Source: Kudoa neothunni
Lineage: Eukaryota; Animalia; Cnidaria
DNA length: 64,000 bases
NCBI GenBank assembly: GCA_964304625.1
Contig: OZ199840.1
Span: forward strand, 5,755,200-5,819,199
Direction: 5' to 3'
Part shown: in pieces, positions 42,021-55,338 of the stretch
Layout of the letters: the number at the start of each line of letters is the position of its first letter
How positions within the stretch are numbered: position 1 is the first letter of the stretch
Program-made: the position numbers and the translations under genes
Notes under the pieces: model-generated
Told to the model about the DNA's origin: nothing
What the model saw: the letters and a program-made list of their open reading frames with translations, nothing else
The model's database searches: none

Positions 42021-43069
42021 AGATTTCGCCTAGATACGTTTTTTAATAGCATTCGAAAAATATATTGAAATTTCGAATTAACCCCTAGAAATAATATAAT
42101 TAACAAGTTGTAAGCAATATACTTTAACTATTTTGACTATGAAATTTAAATTATGGTCATTTCTTTGATGGAGTGTTCCAATCCCTGCGTTCATTTAAAA
42201 ATTCCATCGCTCAGCACCAACGCTAAATACGTTAAGGTCATCGTCGAATTTTTTTCATTCTCGAATTATTTAAATCCTGTTAAAGTGTCATTTAAAACGT
42301 TATTGTTTGGTCCGGAAGATTTTTAAAAGTCGAATTCTGCCCCGGCTCGGGAATTATATGCACCACGAACTTTTTAAGAGAAAAAAAATAGAGATAGAAG
42401 AAAACGCATGAAAATTTGTTGATATTGCTAAAATCATCATCATCACTTGGCCCGGCAAGAGCTTAACGCACTTTTCCCCATAAACCACCACAAATCGCGT
42501 AAACTTCAACACAATCAATTTAAATAATTGCGTAAAATACAGGTACAACCACAACCATCTGCATTGAATTGAATCACGGAAAGTTAAACTTAGAGGACGA
42601 TTTCAATGAAATCTACGGACGCAGTATTTCCATTATAATGTTCCAATCGACGTAATTTTAACGTTCTCCGCCAATTCATTCTTCAACGAACGTATACAGA
42701 TTTTTTATCATATCTAAAGCGATTAATAGAACCTTCAAAATGTGTTTATCAAGTCAAATACGTTAAAACTCCACAAATAAGGAGTGTATTTGCATAAACA
42801 CCCAAATATACACGCCAATATTATATAAAAAGTCTGAAAACGGCAGTTAATCAACATTTGATGGAACATATAATGGGAAAAGTTAACTTCAACCGAGCAT
42901 CAGCAGATGTTAATCCTATTGTTGAACTCAAGTAATCCAATAAACAAACTTTGAATCGACATAATCACCATTTTCTAAACACTTTTGGAAACATTTTGAA
43001 GAGTGGAAACGATTTAAAGATTTTTTAGAACAATGTGATAGAAGATAGATATGATATGAATAATTTCGT

Positions 43070-46000
43070 GGCAATGGTATAGTGTGCTGCTCTCAAAATT
43101 TGGCTCCTTGCACATCTGTAAATCTACCGACATTAGACCTATTCGAATATTTATAATTTTAAATTATGGTCCGTTCACTAATAAACCACGTAATTCAATT
43201 ATAAAAATTAGGCCTAAATTCTCGTTCGGCCGCCTATCTCGGTCATCGCTCATGATTTTACGTATATGGTTTCTATATTGGTTTCTTTACGGATTTAATA
43301 TTTCTGTCGACCCCTACCCAATTTTTCTAACTAATTTTATTTTTTAGTATTCTTATTAAGTTTGTAACCATGTATCATATTCGAATATTAAATGTAATTA
43401 TAATAATGTTCTTATTATTAATAAGTTTTATATAATAACAATATACCAGTTTTTAGCAGTTAAAATTCCTATAAACGTTTAAAAAATTTGGCGGCACGTT
43501 GCGCAACGCAATCAATACAGTGGTGGTGATCTTAAGTCAGCGCCAATTTCATGGCCTGTTACTTAATCAAGAAAAGTTAATAAAACATTTAGTAGACAAG
43601 AACTTACTTCAAAAACCTGAAAGCTGTAAAAGCTGCTGTCGACATAATAGTTTAAAACTTAAGGTTGTAAAACGAACAATAATTCTATGGATGATCTGTT
43701 CATCAAAAACTGTGATAACTTTTCCTATATATATATTCAAATTAATATATTATGATTTGTTCTTGTAAAGTAGAAACTGCAAAACTCATTTTTCACCTAA
43801 AACTTCGACTTTTTTTCTATAACCAACTCATATGGTTATAACTCATCAGATCTAACCATTCAAGAAATATTTGAACTATTATATCTTAGGTGTTTTGAGG
43901 AACAAAGATGTAAGACAATCAGCCCATCACAAATTTCGGGCAATACAAGAACATATTGGTATGCGAAAATTCGAAACATCTCGACATGTTTTAATCGTCG
44001 CGAAAAATTTGGAGGTCCAAAAAAAGTCTTCGAAATCGATGAATGTCTCTTAAGGGGTAAACGCAAGAATAACAGAGAACGTTTTTTAGAGTTTGATAAG
44101 TGGAAAAATGCTCCTAATGAAACATACATCCCTAGCGAATGCTGCATCAACGACGATGGAAAGAGGACCCTTTTGGAATCTAGGTTCTTTGTTGTTGAGA
44201 GAAGGGACATAGAAACTTTAATCCCGTTTATACTACACGAAGTGGAACCTGGATCAACAATTTTTACCGATGAATGGAAAGCGGCTATTCTTTACAAAAC
44301 GGGACTGCAGTTGAAAACTTTCGTCGCGCGCCCGGAAAATGGAAAACTTCAGGAGAAATTTTGATTTGGAGAATATTGATTCCATCAAAACATTACAGAA
44401 TCTTGGTCTAATTTCATCAGAGAAAACGTGTATTTGTGGGACGATGATGCATCTCATATCAAATAAAAGTTGCCAAGATCTGTTTTTCTTCCGATGCCCG
44501 GGTTGTTTGAAGAAGCAAAATCTACGAGTTGGATCAATATTTCAGCATTCTAAACTGCCACTGTGGAAACTATTTATATTTTTCCTCGTAAAAATTCAAT
44601 TCAGCAAGGTTACCTACGAAGAAATACAAAGGCACGTCGGAATCCTCTCTTCAAAAACAATATGTGATTGGTCCGAATTATTAAGGAGTATTATCACATT
44701 GAAGATTACTGACGAGAGAAAAAAAATTGGCGGTGCAAATGTCGTTGTCCAGATCGATGAAACTGCGGTGACTAAACGAAAATATAATGTTGGTAGACTG
44801 TTAAAAACCCAGAAATATTGGATTGTTGGTGGTATAGAAGAGGAAGGTGAATGTTCCTTTGAACTGACGAAGAGAAGAAGCAGCTCTGTATTGGAAAAAA
44901 TTATTCTCGATAATGTTGAAGAGAATTCTGTTATCTGGACTGATAAATGGAGAGGTTATAATCACCTGAACGATTTAGGATTTTTTCACGATACGGTCTG
45001 TACACAAATAAGATCGAAGCTACGTGGGGAGGATTTAAAAGGAAGTACCGAAATATTACAAATAAAAATGAAGAGTCATTATGACTTCATTTCGGATTAT
45101 ATATTCCGTAAAAAATATAGAGACGTCGAACTTAGCACTTTCTTTGAAGAAATTATGAATAATTATTTAATATAATTTATTGTGTTGTTTTTTTCGCGAT
45201 TTTATCCGAAAGTTTCCGACGGCAGTCCTGTTTTGTAAAGAATAGCCTGGAAAGCTTATCGACCACTTGGAAATTGTGGATTTTGTAATACAAGCGTAAA
45301 CCATTCTTTAAACTATGTTAGCAGAGAAGGTTACCATACGAATACTATAGAAGTAGTATGGCATCACCTTAAAACAAAAATTTTACGAAAAATGAGTGGT
45401 GTGCCAAAACATTTACTGGATTCCTATCTACAAGAAGAGTGACTACGTTATAAATACCCTAATTATTGGGAGCCGCTCGATTATATATTCAACGAAATAG
45501 TCGTCCTTTATCCACTTAATTGATTATAAAATGAAAAAAATATGTTTTGTTTTAATTAATTAATTAAATTATTTTTTCAATTATAAATTTATATTAAACA
45601 TCAGTACATAAATGGTGTTGTATATTGAATCAATAATTTAAAATGAGGAATGAATTATTTTGATTAGTGGTTCTTAAACCCTATCTCTAACAAACTTCCT
45701 TAAAATACAATAATATCTCTCATATAAATAATATTATTTAAATTTTATATTTTTGTATTCACCAATCCTTTTAATATAATTTGTATATAAATTAATTTTA
45801 TGTTGTCTTTGTGTAAAATAAACGTTTTTATTCACTAATACAAGAATTATTTTAATGCTTAATAATAAATTTTTGTGAATTTTTAAATAGTTTTCACATA
45901 AATTATAATAATTTCTTTGATTAAAGAATTGCCGCAATCAATAATATTTAAATTTAAACGAATATTAGAATTTTATGAATACAAATATTATATTTTTTAA

Positions 46001-47026
46001 AATAATCCGTTAAAAGGGTATTGACGGAATTACACTCTTGAGATGATTTTTATATATAATAATATCAATTTAACGTAAAGTACATATTGCCTAATCATAA
46101 ATAATATATCTCAAAATGTTCAATGAAATTATTTCTGTTCCCTTTGGTAAACGAGCACAATAATTTTTCAAAATATTTAGTTAATGTAAAATAAATTACC
46201 AAATCACTCGCGTTTGGGGGTAAAAATTTATAAAGATTTGTTAAGATGATGTGTCCATAACATACGCTGAACTAATTTTTATTTGATTATTTAATTCTAA
46301 ATGACCTACACAAACATTGACATTATTCACAATATCAAACATACAAATTATATCTAATTAATAGTTCATCGCGAAAAGATTGTTTAATAACCTTAAATAT
46401 CCAATAGGTAATAGGGTAATATAGCATAAAATAAAATAGTTTGTTCTCTTTTAAACTATGAATAATACTGTAAATAAAGTAACGACTGCTGATGAAAGGA
46501 AAATTTATTGTAAAAAATGAATAAACTGTTAGGCAACATTTGAAAAACGGCTACGGCATATTTGTTTTCCTCATATTCGATATAAGCAACCATTTATAAT
46601 CTTTAAAAAAATAATAAAACTAGAAAATTTGAAATTGAATCGCATATCATCACCTCAGAATACCATCTTATTATAATGTATTTAATTTTTTTAAAATCTA
46701 ATTTCATTATAATAATCGACGACAAGAAGTATAATTTATAATATAATCGATATCGATAACTAAATTAGTTAGAAAAATTGAGTAGGGGTCGACAGAAATA
46801 TTAAATCCGTAAAGAAACCAATATAGAAACCATATACGTAAAATCATGCGCGATGACCGAGATAGGCCGAACGAGAATTTAGGCCAAATTTTTATAATTG
46901 AATTACGTGGTTTATTAGTGAACGGACCATAATTTAAAATTATAAATATTTGAATCGGTCTAATGTCGGTAAATTTATGGATGTGCAAGGAGCCGAATTT
47001 TGGGAGCAGCACACTATACCATTACC
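43070..47026 (+). mobile_element. Merlin (IS1595/ISXO2-type) transposon with ~270-bp TIRs and a decayed transposase
   Basis: Near-identical inverted repeats at 43070-~43338 and ~46761-47026 start GG(C/T)AATGGTATAGTGTGC. 8-bp TSD AATTTCGT / AATTTCGC. Transposase motifs FGGPKKVFEIDEC, VEPGSTIFTDEWKA|YRPL, VNHS, HTNTIEVVW, with frameshifts and stops. Confidence 0.9.
44283..45247 (+). mobile_element. Second Merlin element (965 bp) nested in the first; transposase ORF 44339-45175 is frameshifted near its 3' end
   Basis: TIRs GGCTATTCTTTACAAAAC(G/A)GGACTGC. Perfect 8-bp TSD TGGAAAGC at 44275-44282 and 45248-45255. Motifs KIGGANVVVQIDET, KRKYNVGR, IWTDKWRGY. The TNKIEATW motif is out of frame after a small deletion. 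Confidence 0.95.
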
Positions 47027-50000
47027 AATTTCGCTTACCTAAGGACCTTAATGTTTATCCTGGAGAAGTTAATATTCTCTTTGGCGCTAAACAATGTAAT
47101 TCTCCTGACAATCAACTAATAAATCCTTTTAATCCAATTCGCCGCCCACATAAAAACATAAAATGGGCTATATATCAGTTAATAATAATGCAGGTGTGTA
47201 TTAAGTTGATTAAATTCCCAGAAAACAGCGATTAGATCATGTCTGCATTATCAAAAGTTTCAACATATATTCCTGTAAGGAAATAGATTTTTCCGCTCAT
47301 GCGTACTTCCCGCGTTACACACACAAATCATCTCCTTATACAGAGACTTTTTAAACTATTTGAGTTTCTTAGTATACTTTAAAAATACAAAATTAACTAC
47401 AAAAATATAACGGGGTTGTCTGCTTCCTTATAAAGTGGCGAATTTGTAGTGTCAACTTTCTGTAAACTGATTAGCGCTGACAATAATGAGATTACTTTAT
47501 CATGCGATTCGCTATAATGTTCAATAATATGCTTACATAACTTTAATTAATATTATTTAAATACACCTGAAACTTTAAATTTACTCTTTTTACACTTTAA
47601 ACTAAGTTAATAAGTTCTACAAGATTCGTTCGTGCGTAGGCGGGGTTTCAGTGCAAACGAAGATTTATTATTTAAAAAGGAGATTAATAAGCCACACGAG
47701 TTGCCAAAACTTATGATTCCTAAATAAAAATAAAGTCCAATAAAGAAGAAGTGAAGATGATCGAGTGATTGCTGTTTATTTTGATCAACCCTTTAGTCAA
47801 AAGATCGATGAAATAATTATAATTGACTCTCAACATAAAATGACCTTGGCCTAAGTCAGTGTGTGTGTTTGCAGCAGTACGCATGTGCCGTGCCACGGAG
47901 AAACTTTCTTTAAATACAGCTTCTAGCATACATTCGAATAGATGATATCATTAATAAAAATCATTCATTTACTTAAATGTATAAACATAACCAATACTTC
48001 AGTTAGAAGTAAGGTATTTTCTGGTTGTTTACTCAAATAGCAGATAAAAAAGTACATGTATGGTATTTAATAGTTATTTGCTTCAGAATGATACTCAATT
48101 AGAATGAACTTTTTACTCATTATATAGAAAAAGTCTCTTAACTTTGATTGTAGAATATTCTAAAAATTTTATATATGCCTGTTAGGAGTTACTTTAAGAC
48201 AAATAAAACTATTAACGTCACATTTACAAGAGTTGTTGCATTTCCCTTAAAACTTCAAGCATAAACAAGTTATTTGGGGTGTGCTTTCTCTTTTCAAGCG
48301 TAATGGATATAGTTAAGCAAAATGGATTATGATCATTTTAAATAAAGCACATAATTTGAGATTACAAGATGTAGCCAATTTGGAATAATTTGACTCTCTA
48401 TATTTATCCTAAAAATTATACTTTATTAGAGTTCCTGAAATCCTGCGAAGATTAAATTGTTTTCGTTACTATTCTATATTTAGTTTATGGTTCTAGGCTA
48501 TATATATTAAAATGATCACAAGTAGTGGATGGAAAAGAAAAATTAGAGGAATACTGCCCTTGGATAGATCCGATAATGGAAAAATCGCTCATTAAAAAGG
48601 AATAATTTAAAACAAATCACTATAAATTTAATTGTTTTTTATAATAATTTTTTGGCGGTGATGCTTCATGTGGTTGGGTCGCCAGGGAGAGACAATCTGC
48701 TCCAAGCAGATTTATTTGGAGGAGACAATCGACCTTTGTTTTTCAACTGGTGTATCTTCAAATTTTTTTTAATGCACCGGTGACACACCAATTGCTTAGT
48801 CATTTTGAATACGATAAATCGTTAAACCGACACGCAATAAAAAGTTTAAATATTTGCCAACTAAAGCGCCGCTACCTGCCTATAATCGTGAAAAATAATT
48901 CTATATTGAGTAAATGCGCCTTATTTAATGATTTTTTCTTAGATTGATTTAGCGTTTTCTTCATCTTTTATCCTTAATATATTGGCCGGTATATGGGTCT
49001 TTTGCACATTTATTATATGAGATAGTTTCTCAAGTCCCCAATCCTCAATTATTTGCATCCTTTAAGAAAAACACCAAATGGTACAATATGAAAAATAAAC
49101 TCATAGAATTATTCCATGTTTATGAATTAATTAAACATTAATCAAACGGATCTCCAATATAGTCAAGTTAGAAATTTAACAAATTTGTTATGTATGATAT
49201 AACATTGAACTTAACCTTATCACATATTTGTGATAAGAAAAGTGTAACAATTGATTTGTGTTTACGCTAATTACTGTTATAAAAATACAAATAGCAGCCT
49301 TAATTTTGTTAAATTAAATGCAAACATAAGAACACACGCTTCACTAAACTAACAAACACATTACTCAATAATAATAAAATGTTAAGTGGGTACCTAAGCG
49401 GCGCTAAGGGGGAAATATAGATTTCACATTCCTAATATTATTCTCCGAAAGTGGGGCGGTATCTGGTTATTGATAGTCTAATTAAGTTATCTTTAAATTT
49501 CAATTGTGAGGATTTTTTATTCGAATAAGAAATAGAGTTGATTGGGATTGGTACAGCATTATTATGCATTATAAGGTAAAAAATTCCTTTAAATGATGTT
49601 ATTATTATTAAATCCAACAATAATTAAACCGCCAAGTGAATAATCCCCAAATTCAGACAAATTATAGATTTATTTACAAATATCTTTTATTTTTTTATTT
49701 ACAGTTAAGTTGTTTTTTTTTCTGTTTTAAATAACCCGCCTAAATTAAGAGTGTCTATTCTAATAAATTTTACCAAAAACACAACAGATGATTGTACAAA
49801 AATATTCAAAAAATTTATTTTTATGTGTTTTATTTGTCATTGCTTTTATATTACAAAAGCAGATCTCGTTACTGGGGTGTCCCGCCCGATGGGATAGTCC
49901 TATGCTAGCTATATAAACAGGTTTATTGATTGATTACCACCGAGTAATATTATTGATAACGACGATTCAATTTCACAAAATTTCACTGTGAATTTTACTC

Positions 50001-50993
50001 AAAATAATATTACAAGTACTTACCCACGAAGACGCACTAGGCTTAATGAACAAAGAAGACGACAGGGAAGAAGAAATCAAAATAGACAACAACGTCTCCG
50101 TGTGGTAAGAGAATAAAGATCACAGGCACGTCAAACCGAACCTGATTAAAGCAGACTACAAAGAAGATTTTCTGACCGAGTTCGTCGTTCAAATCAAAGG
50201 TGTCGTCAACTAACTGATGAAAGTCGGTATAAGGCTGCATTAAACTACAACCCAACAACTAATTATTTGTCAAACAATAATGTTATTATTGGAACTAAGG
50301 GGAAAGTTTGTCCGAATTGTAATGCGAAGAAATTCCCTGGTGAAACAAATGATCTGTGTTGTTCTGGTGGTAAAGTCTTACTGGCCAATTTTCCCAGCCA
50401 CCACCTATTTTACAAATTTTGCTAGCTGGTGTGAGCCGAGATTCTAAAGAATTTTTAAAAAACATACGAAGATACAACAGTGCGTTCCAAATGACATCTT
50501 ATGGAGCCAATGTTGTATCCGAATTTGGTTTTATGCCAACATTCAAAGTTGAGGGTCAGATTTGTCACCGAATTGGCTCTTTGTTACCAACGGTGAATGA
50601 AGAACCAAAATTCTTACAATTGTATTTTATTGACGACTATAATATGCAGGCGCCAAGTCGATCTAGAATCTTCCCTGAACTGAACCAAGATATAATCTTT
50701 TCTCTTCAGCAGATACTCCATACACACAATAGCTATGTCAAAAGTTTCAAATTTTTTTTGGAGATTCATCCTACTTTGGACTTCTCTATATGTATTGACG
50801 CCGATAAGCGTCCATTAGGAGGGCATCAAAGAAGATTTAACGTCCCGGAATGTAATGAATTTGCTGTTATTTTGTCTGATCAACAGCATAGAAGTAGAGA
50901 TATCGTCTTAAGGTGCAGAGATGATATGCTCCAACGTATAAGTGAGACACATCGTTCCTATGATGCGTTGCAATACCCGCTTATTCACATTAA

Positions 50994-53341
50994 CCCATAG
51001 CGGGTTTTCGTTGCTTTTTCGGCTCTGGTATATCAGCACCGCCATAAAAACTTTCATTATTTTTAAAATTTTATTATTTTTTTCCCATCAATTAATGAAT
51101 GCATTTTTTATTTATTACTAAAGTATAATTATAGTTAATAATGTATTTGTAAAGATATGATAATAAATAACTCATACCTTGTGCTTAGGTTATAATGCAA
51201 CAAAAAATTTATGATATTAATCTCTTTGAAGAGTATTTTTGTAAATTTAGACAAATTATATTTAGTTGTTGGATGTAAATTCAATTTAAGAACTACCGAA
51301 TTATCTAAGATAAGTTATAATGGAAGTAATGTGAGACCAAAAAAGCAACGAAGAACAACTAACATACTAAATCCTAATAATCCCTCATTTGTTACTTGAG
51401 AGATGAGGTATAGGAATTTGATCGACGCAGTTGATGAAATTGATAATAATGATGATGAAATAAGTTGCATCGATATTGTAACATTACCTCCTGAAACGGT
51501 CGATATTTTAACGAACCAAGAAGAAAGTTTTGTCGGCCTAGATTCCGACAATGTTGATATCAGGAATGTCCCCCAAGTTTGCGGGGAAGTTGAGATATTT
51601 TCAACATTAGATGATGGTCAGACTGCTGAGAACTTCATGGCTAAGTGGGAAAAAATTCTTCATTCACCAAATTTATAAACCGATGCGGAAACTAATGTTT
51701 TTTCACAAAACAAAAATGAATTCCCAACAAACGTTTCACTCGAAAAATACGATTCACTTGAAGCGTTTTATGAATTTTTCGATGAAAGTTTATTGATGCA
51801 CATTGTTAAACAAAGTAATCTGTACGCTCGCCAGAAGAATGACCATTCTTTCCATTTATCGTTAAAGGAACTAAAATCATTCATTGGTATTTTGCTACTG
51901 TCTGGATATAATAAATTATCCCAACAACATATGTATTGGGAATCTGCAATTGACTCTGGAGTTGATATAGTCAGAAAATGCATGTCCAATAAACGCTTCA
52001 CGACTATAAAATCCTATATTCATTTAAATGATAACGCCAATTTAGATCCTGAAGATAAGCTCTTCAAAGTTACACCAATAATAAAAAAACTAAATGAAAA
52101 TTTTAAGAAATTTGGTATTTTCCATAATAACGTTTGTGTTGATGAACAGATGGTTCCGTATACCGGTCACCACTCATGCAAAATGTTTATGAGAGGAAAA
52201 CCAATTCGGTTTGGTTTTAAGCAGTGGATGTTGGCCTCTGCGGATGGTTTTGTATATAGCTTTGACGTTTATACAGGCAAGTCAGCGAAATATGATAAAT
52301 ATTTTGACCTCGGTGGCAGTGTTGTGCTGAATTTTGCGGACGATCTTAAGGATAAACTAAACGCTCATATTTATATGGACAATTTTTTCACATCCTATAA
52401 ATTGTTCGTTGAACTGAAGAAAAGATCCCTCAAAGCAACCGGCACCGTGAGAACCAATCGTACCTCCAAATGCCCGCTTACAACAAATAAAGTGATGGAA
52501 AAAAAATCGAGAGGTTTCTTCGAAACATTTAAGGAAAAAGAATTTGGCATTAATTGTCTATATTGGAGAGATACAAAACCTGTAGCTCTAATGAGTAATG
52601 CACTAAATGCCGAACCTGTCCAACAGATCCGACGATATTTCCAATCTAAAAAAAGATACGACAATGTTCCTCAACCTTACATGTGTTATATGTATAATAA
52701 ATACATGTGAGGAGTCGATGTCGTCGACGCTTCAGTTTCATGTTACAGAGTAAATATAAAATCTAAAAAATGGTACTGGCCCCTGTTTACCAATATGTTA
52801 TCCCTGGCTGCGGTTAACTCATATAAATTGGTTACCTATACAAATGATGGAAAAATAAAATTGTTAAACCATATTCGGAATATCGTAACATGTTTAATTA
52901 GCATTAGTGACCATGAAAAACTTACCAGAACATCGTCCCTATCCAAACTCCAAGCGTCATCATTGTGCAAAAAACCTTTGCTTAATACCCATCCTGCAAA
53001 AAAGAAACGTAGATGTATAGTTTGTAAAAAAACTACAATACATTTATGTACGAATTGCCAATGTTATATGCACATAAAATGTTCAATAAAATTTCATAAG
53101 GCTTATTTATTTACAATTGTTTCACTTTAAACCAGCTGTTATTTGTATACCGCAAACACAAACCTGCTATTGGAAAATCGCACGTCGGTAGTTTTTCGTT
53201 GCTTTTTCGGCCAATTACTAATTCAATTGTAATTCATTAAATATTTAATATTTCAAAAATCTATTACACCAGTGTTAATTATTAATGATTTAATACATAT
53301 ATAAGTTATAAATAAAATCTAAACATTGGACCCGTTATGGG
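50994..53341 (+). mobile_element. piggyBac transposon inserted in the Helitron; disrupted transposase ~51403-53130
   Basis: TTAA TSDs at 50990-50993 and 53342-53345. TIRs CCCATA(G/A)CGGG. Motifs VDEQM, KPIRFGFK, MDNFF, YNKYM*GVD and a Cys-rich C-terminus. Frameshift near 51670 and nonsense codon at 52708-52710. Confidence 0.95.
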
Positions 53342-53359
53342 TTAATGGAGAAGATGGCT

Positions 53360-53534
53360 TGTTGAAGGACCTGCATGATCCTCCAGATGCTACCCGCCCC
53401 AATTGGGGAGTAAGCGGCATCCATTACAAATTACAATATACATAATTAGAATTATATTGGCACGCGTGTGTCATAAAAATAGTGTGAATAGAAAGTGCCC
53501 TTTTTTGCGCATTATGTATAATAACAGAACAACA
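53360..53534. mobile_element. Solo LTR (175 bp)
   Basis: TGTTG...CAACA termini with a 5-bp TSD TGGCT (53355-53359 / 53535-53539). Removing it restores the Helitron frame GEDG-YHFGIP. Confidence 0.85.
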
Positions 53535-55208
53535 TGGCTATCACTTCGGAATACCTCAAACTGCTTCTAATAAAACTGTTTCATGCAAGGACTTTTACAG
53601 CTACTATTTTATGGTGAGAGAAAATTGTTACAATATTTTACAATTGTGTCGTGGATTGTTTCAACAGCACGCTGTTGATATGTTTGCCAAAATGGAGACG
53701 GAACGACTCTGTTATATTTGAACTCATCAAAAGGAATTGCGTGCTGATTCGTATGCACATTTGAGAGATAGCATTAATAATGATGATGATAGCGTAAGAC
53801 TTGGCGAGTTGTGTATATTACCTTCAAGTTATACTGGATCGCCTAGATACATGCACGAAATAACTCAAGATGCTATGACGTACATGAGATGTTTTGGATG
53901 CCTTGACCCTTTTGTAACATTCACGTGTAATCCACTTTGGTCTGAGATTACCGATAATTTATTTTCCGGTCAAACGGCGAAACACCGACATGATATCACG
54001 GCAAAAGTTTTTCAGTTAAAGATCAAGACCCTCATAAAATTAATAACAAAATTGAAAATATTTGGCGAAACTCAATGCTATATGTACACTGTAGAATGGC
54101 AAAGAGGCTTGCTACATGCACATCTTTTGTTATGGCTCAAAGAAAAGTTACATCCAAATGATCTTGATCGTTTTATATCTGCGGAATTGCCTGATCCAAC
54201 TGTTGATCCTGAATTGTTCGTAATTGTGAAAAAGCAGATGATTCATGGACCAAGTGGTGTGCTTAATTCTAGAATTCCTTGCATGAAGGATGGCAAATGT
54301 ACAAAAAAATATCCGGGGAATTTTGTCCGTCACACTCTAACAGATCAAGATGGTTATCCTTTGTACCGAAAAAGGAAACCTGGAGATGGTGGTCTTGAAT
54401 CATTGTTGAAGATGAAAAATGGATGCGATGTGATAATTGACAACAGATGATGGGTGGTACCATATTGCCCACTTTTATCGAAAATTTTTAACGCACATAT
54501 TAACGTCGAATTTTGTGCTTCGGTAAAATCCATAAAATATGTTTGTAAATACGTCAACAAGGGATCAGATGCAGCAATGTATTTGCTGAACTAGCATCAT
54601 AATGACGAGGTTGTACAGTATCAGATGGGACGATATATAAGAAGCTGCGAGGCCTTTTGGCGAATCTTTGGATTCGATATCCACGGTAGTTATCCTGCTA
54701 TTCAACATCTTGGTGTTCATTTGGAAAATAGCCAGAGGATATATTTTGCGGACGAATATCTACCCAATCACTTACAGAATCCAAAGGATACCACCATATT
54801 AGGATTCTTTAAATTATGCTAAGAGGATTCATTTGCACAAACGCTACTGTACAATGAACTTCCATCGTATTATACTTGGAAAAATAATGCATGGAGCAGA
54901 AGAAAACGAGGTGTACCGGTTGATGGTTGGCCTGATTTAAATTTTGATAACACCTTGAGGAGAGTCTATACGGTTCACCCTAATCAACGAGAATGTTTCT
55001 ACTTAAGAATGCTTCTACATGAAGCAAGAGGTCCTAAAAGTTTTGATGACCTTCGAACTGTTGATGATATTATTTGCTCAACGTACAGAGAGGCATGTAT
55101 GAAACGTGGAATGTTAGAGGATGATAATCAATACGACATCTCAATTGCGTCGTCTATTTGCATTGTTAATTAGAACATGTGAATTGAGTAATCCAAATTC
55201 TTCGTGGC

Positions 55209-55338
55209 TGTGACGGATTTGCATATGTTATTTAACATTGCAATATAATAAACAATGGATAATCCATCTAAGCGGCATTTTATCTGTTATCATCATAAAC
55301 AGTGTGTTTTTCTACGGCGCTACATTAAATTAATAACA
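55209..55338. mobile_element. Solo LTR (130 bp)
   Basis: TGTGAC...ATAACA termini with a 5-bp TSD GTGGC (55204-55208 / 55339-55343). Removing it restores SNPNSSW-LKFRNELSEDY. Confidence 0.85.

Noticed and set aside
43084-47012. Paralogous ORFs 43084-43347 and 46707-47012 as a duplicated gene
   Set aside because: They are translations of the Merlin terminal inverted repeats.
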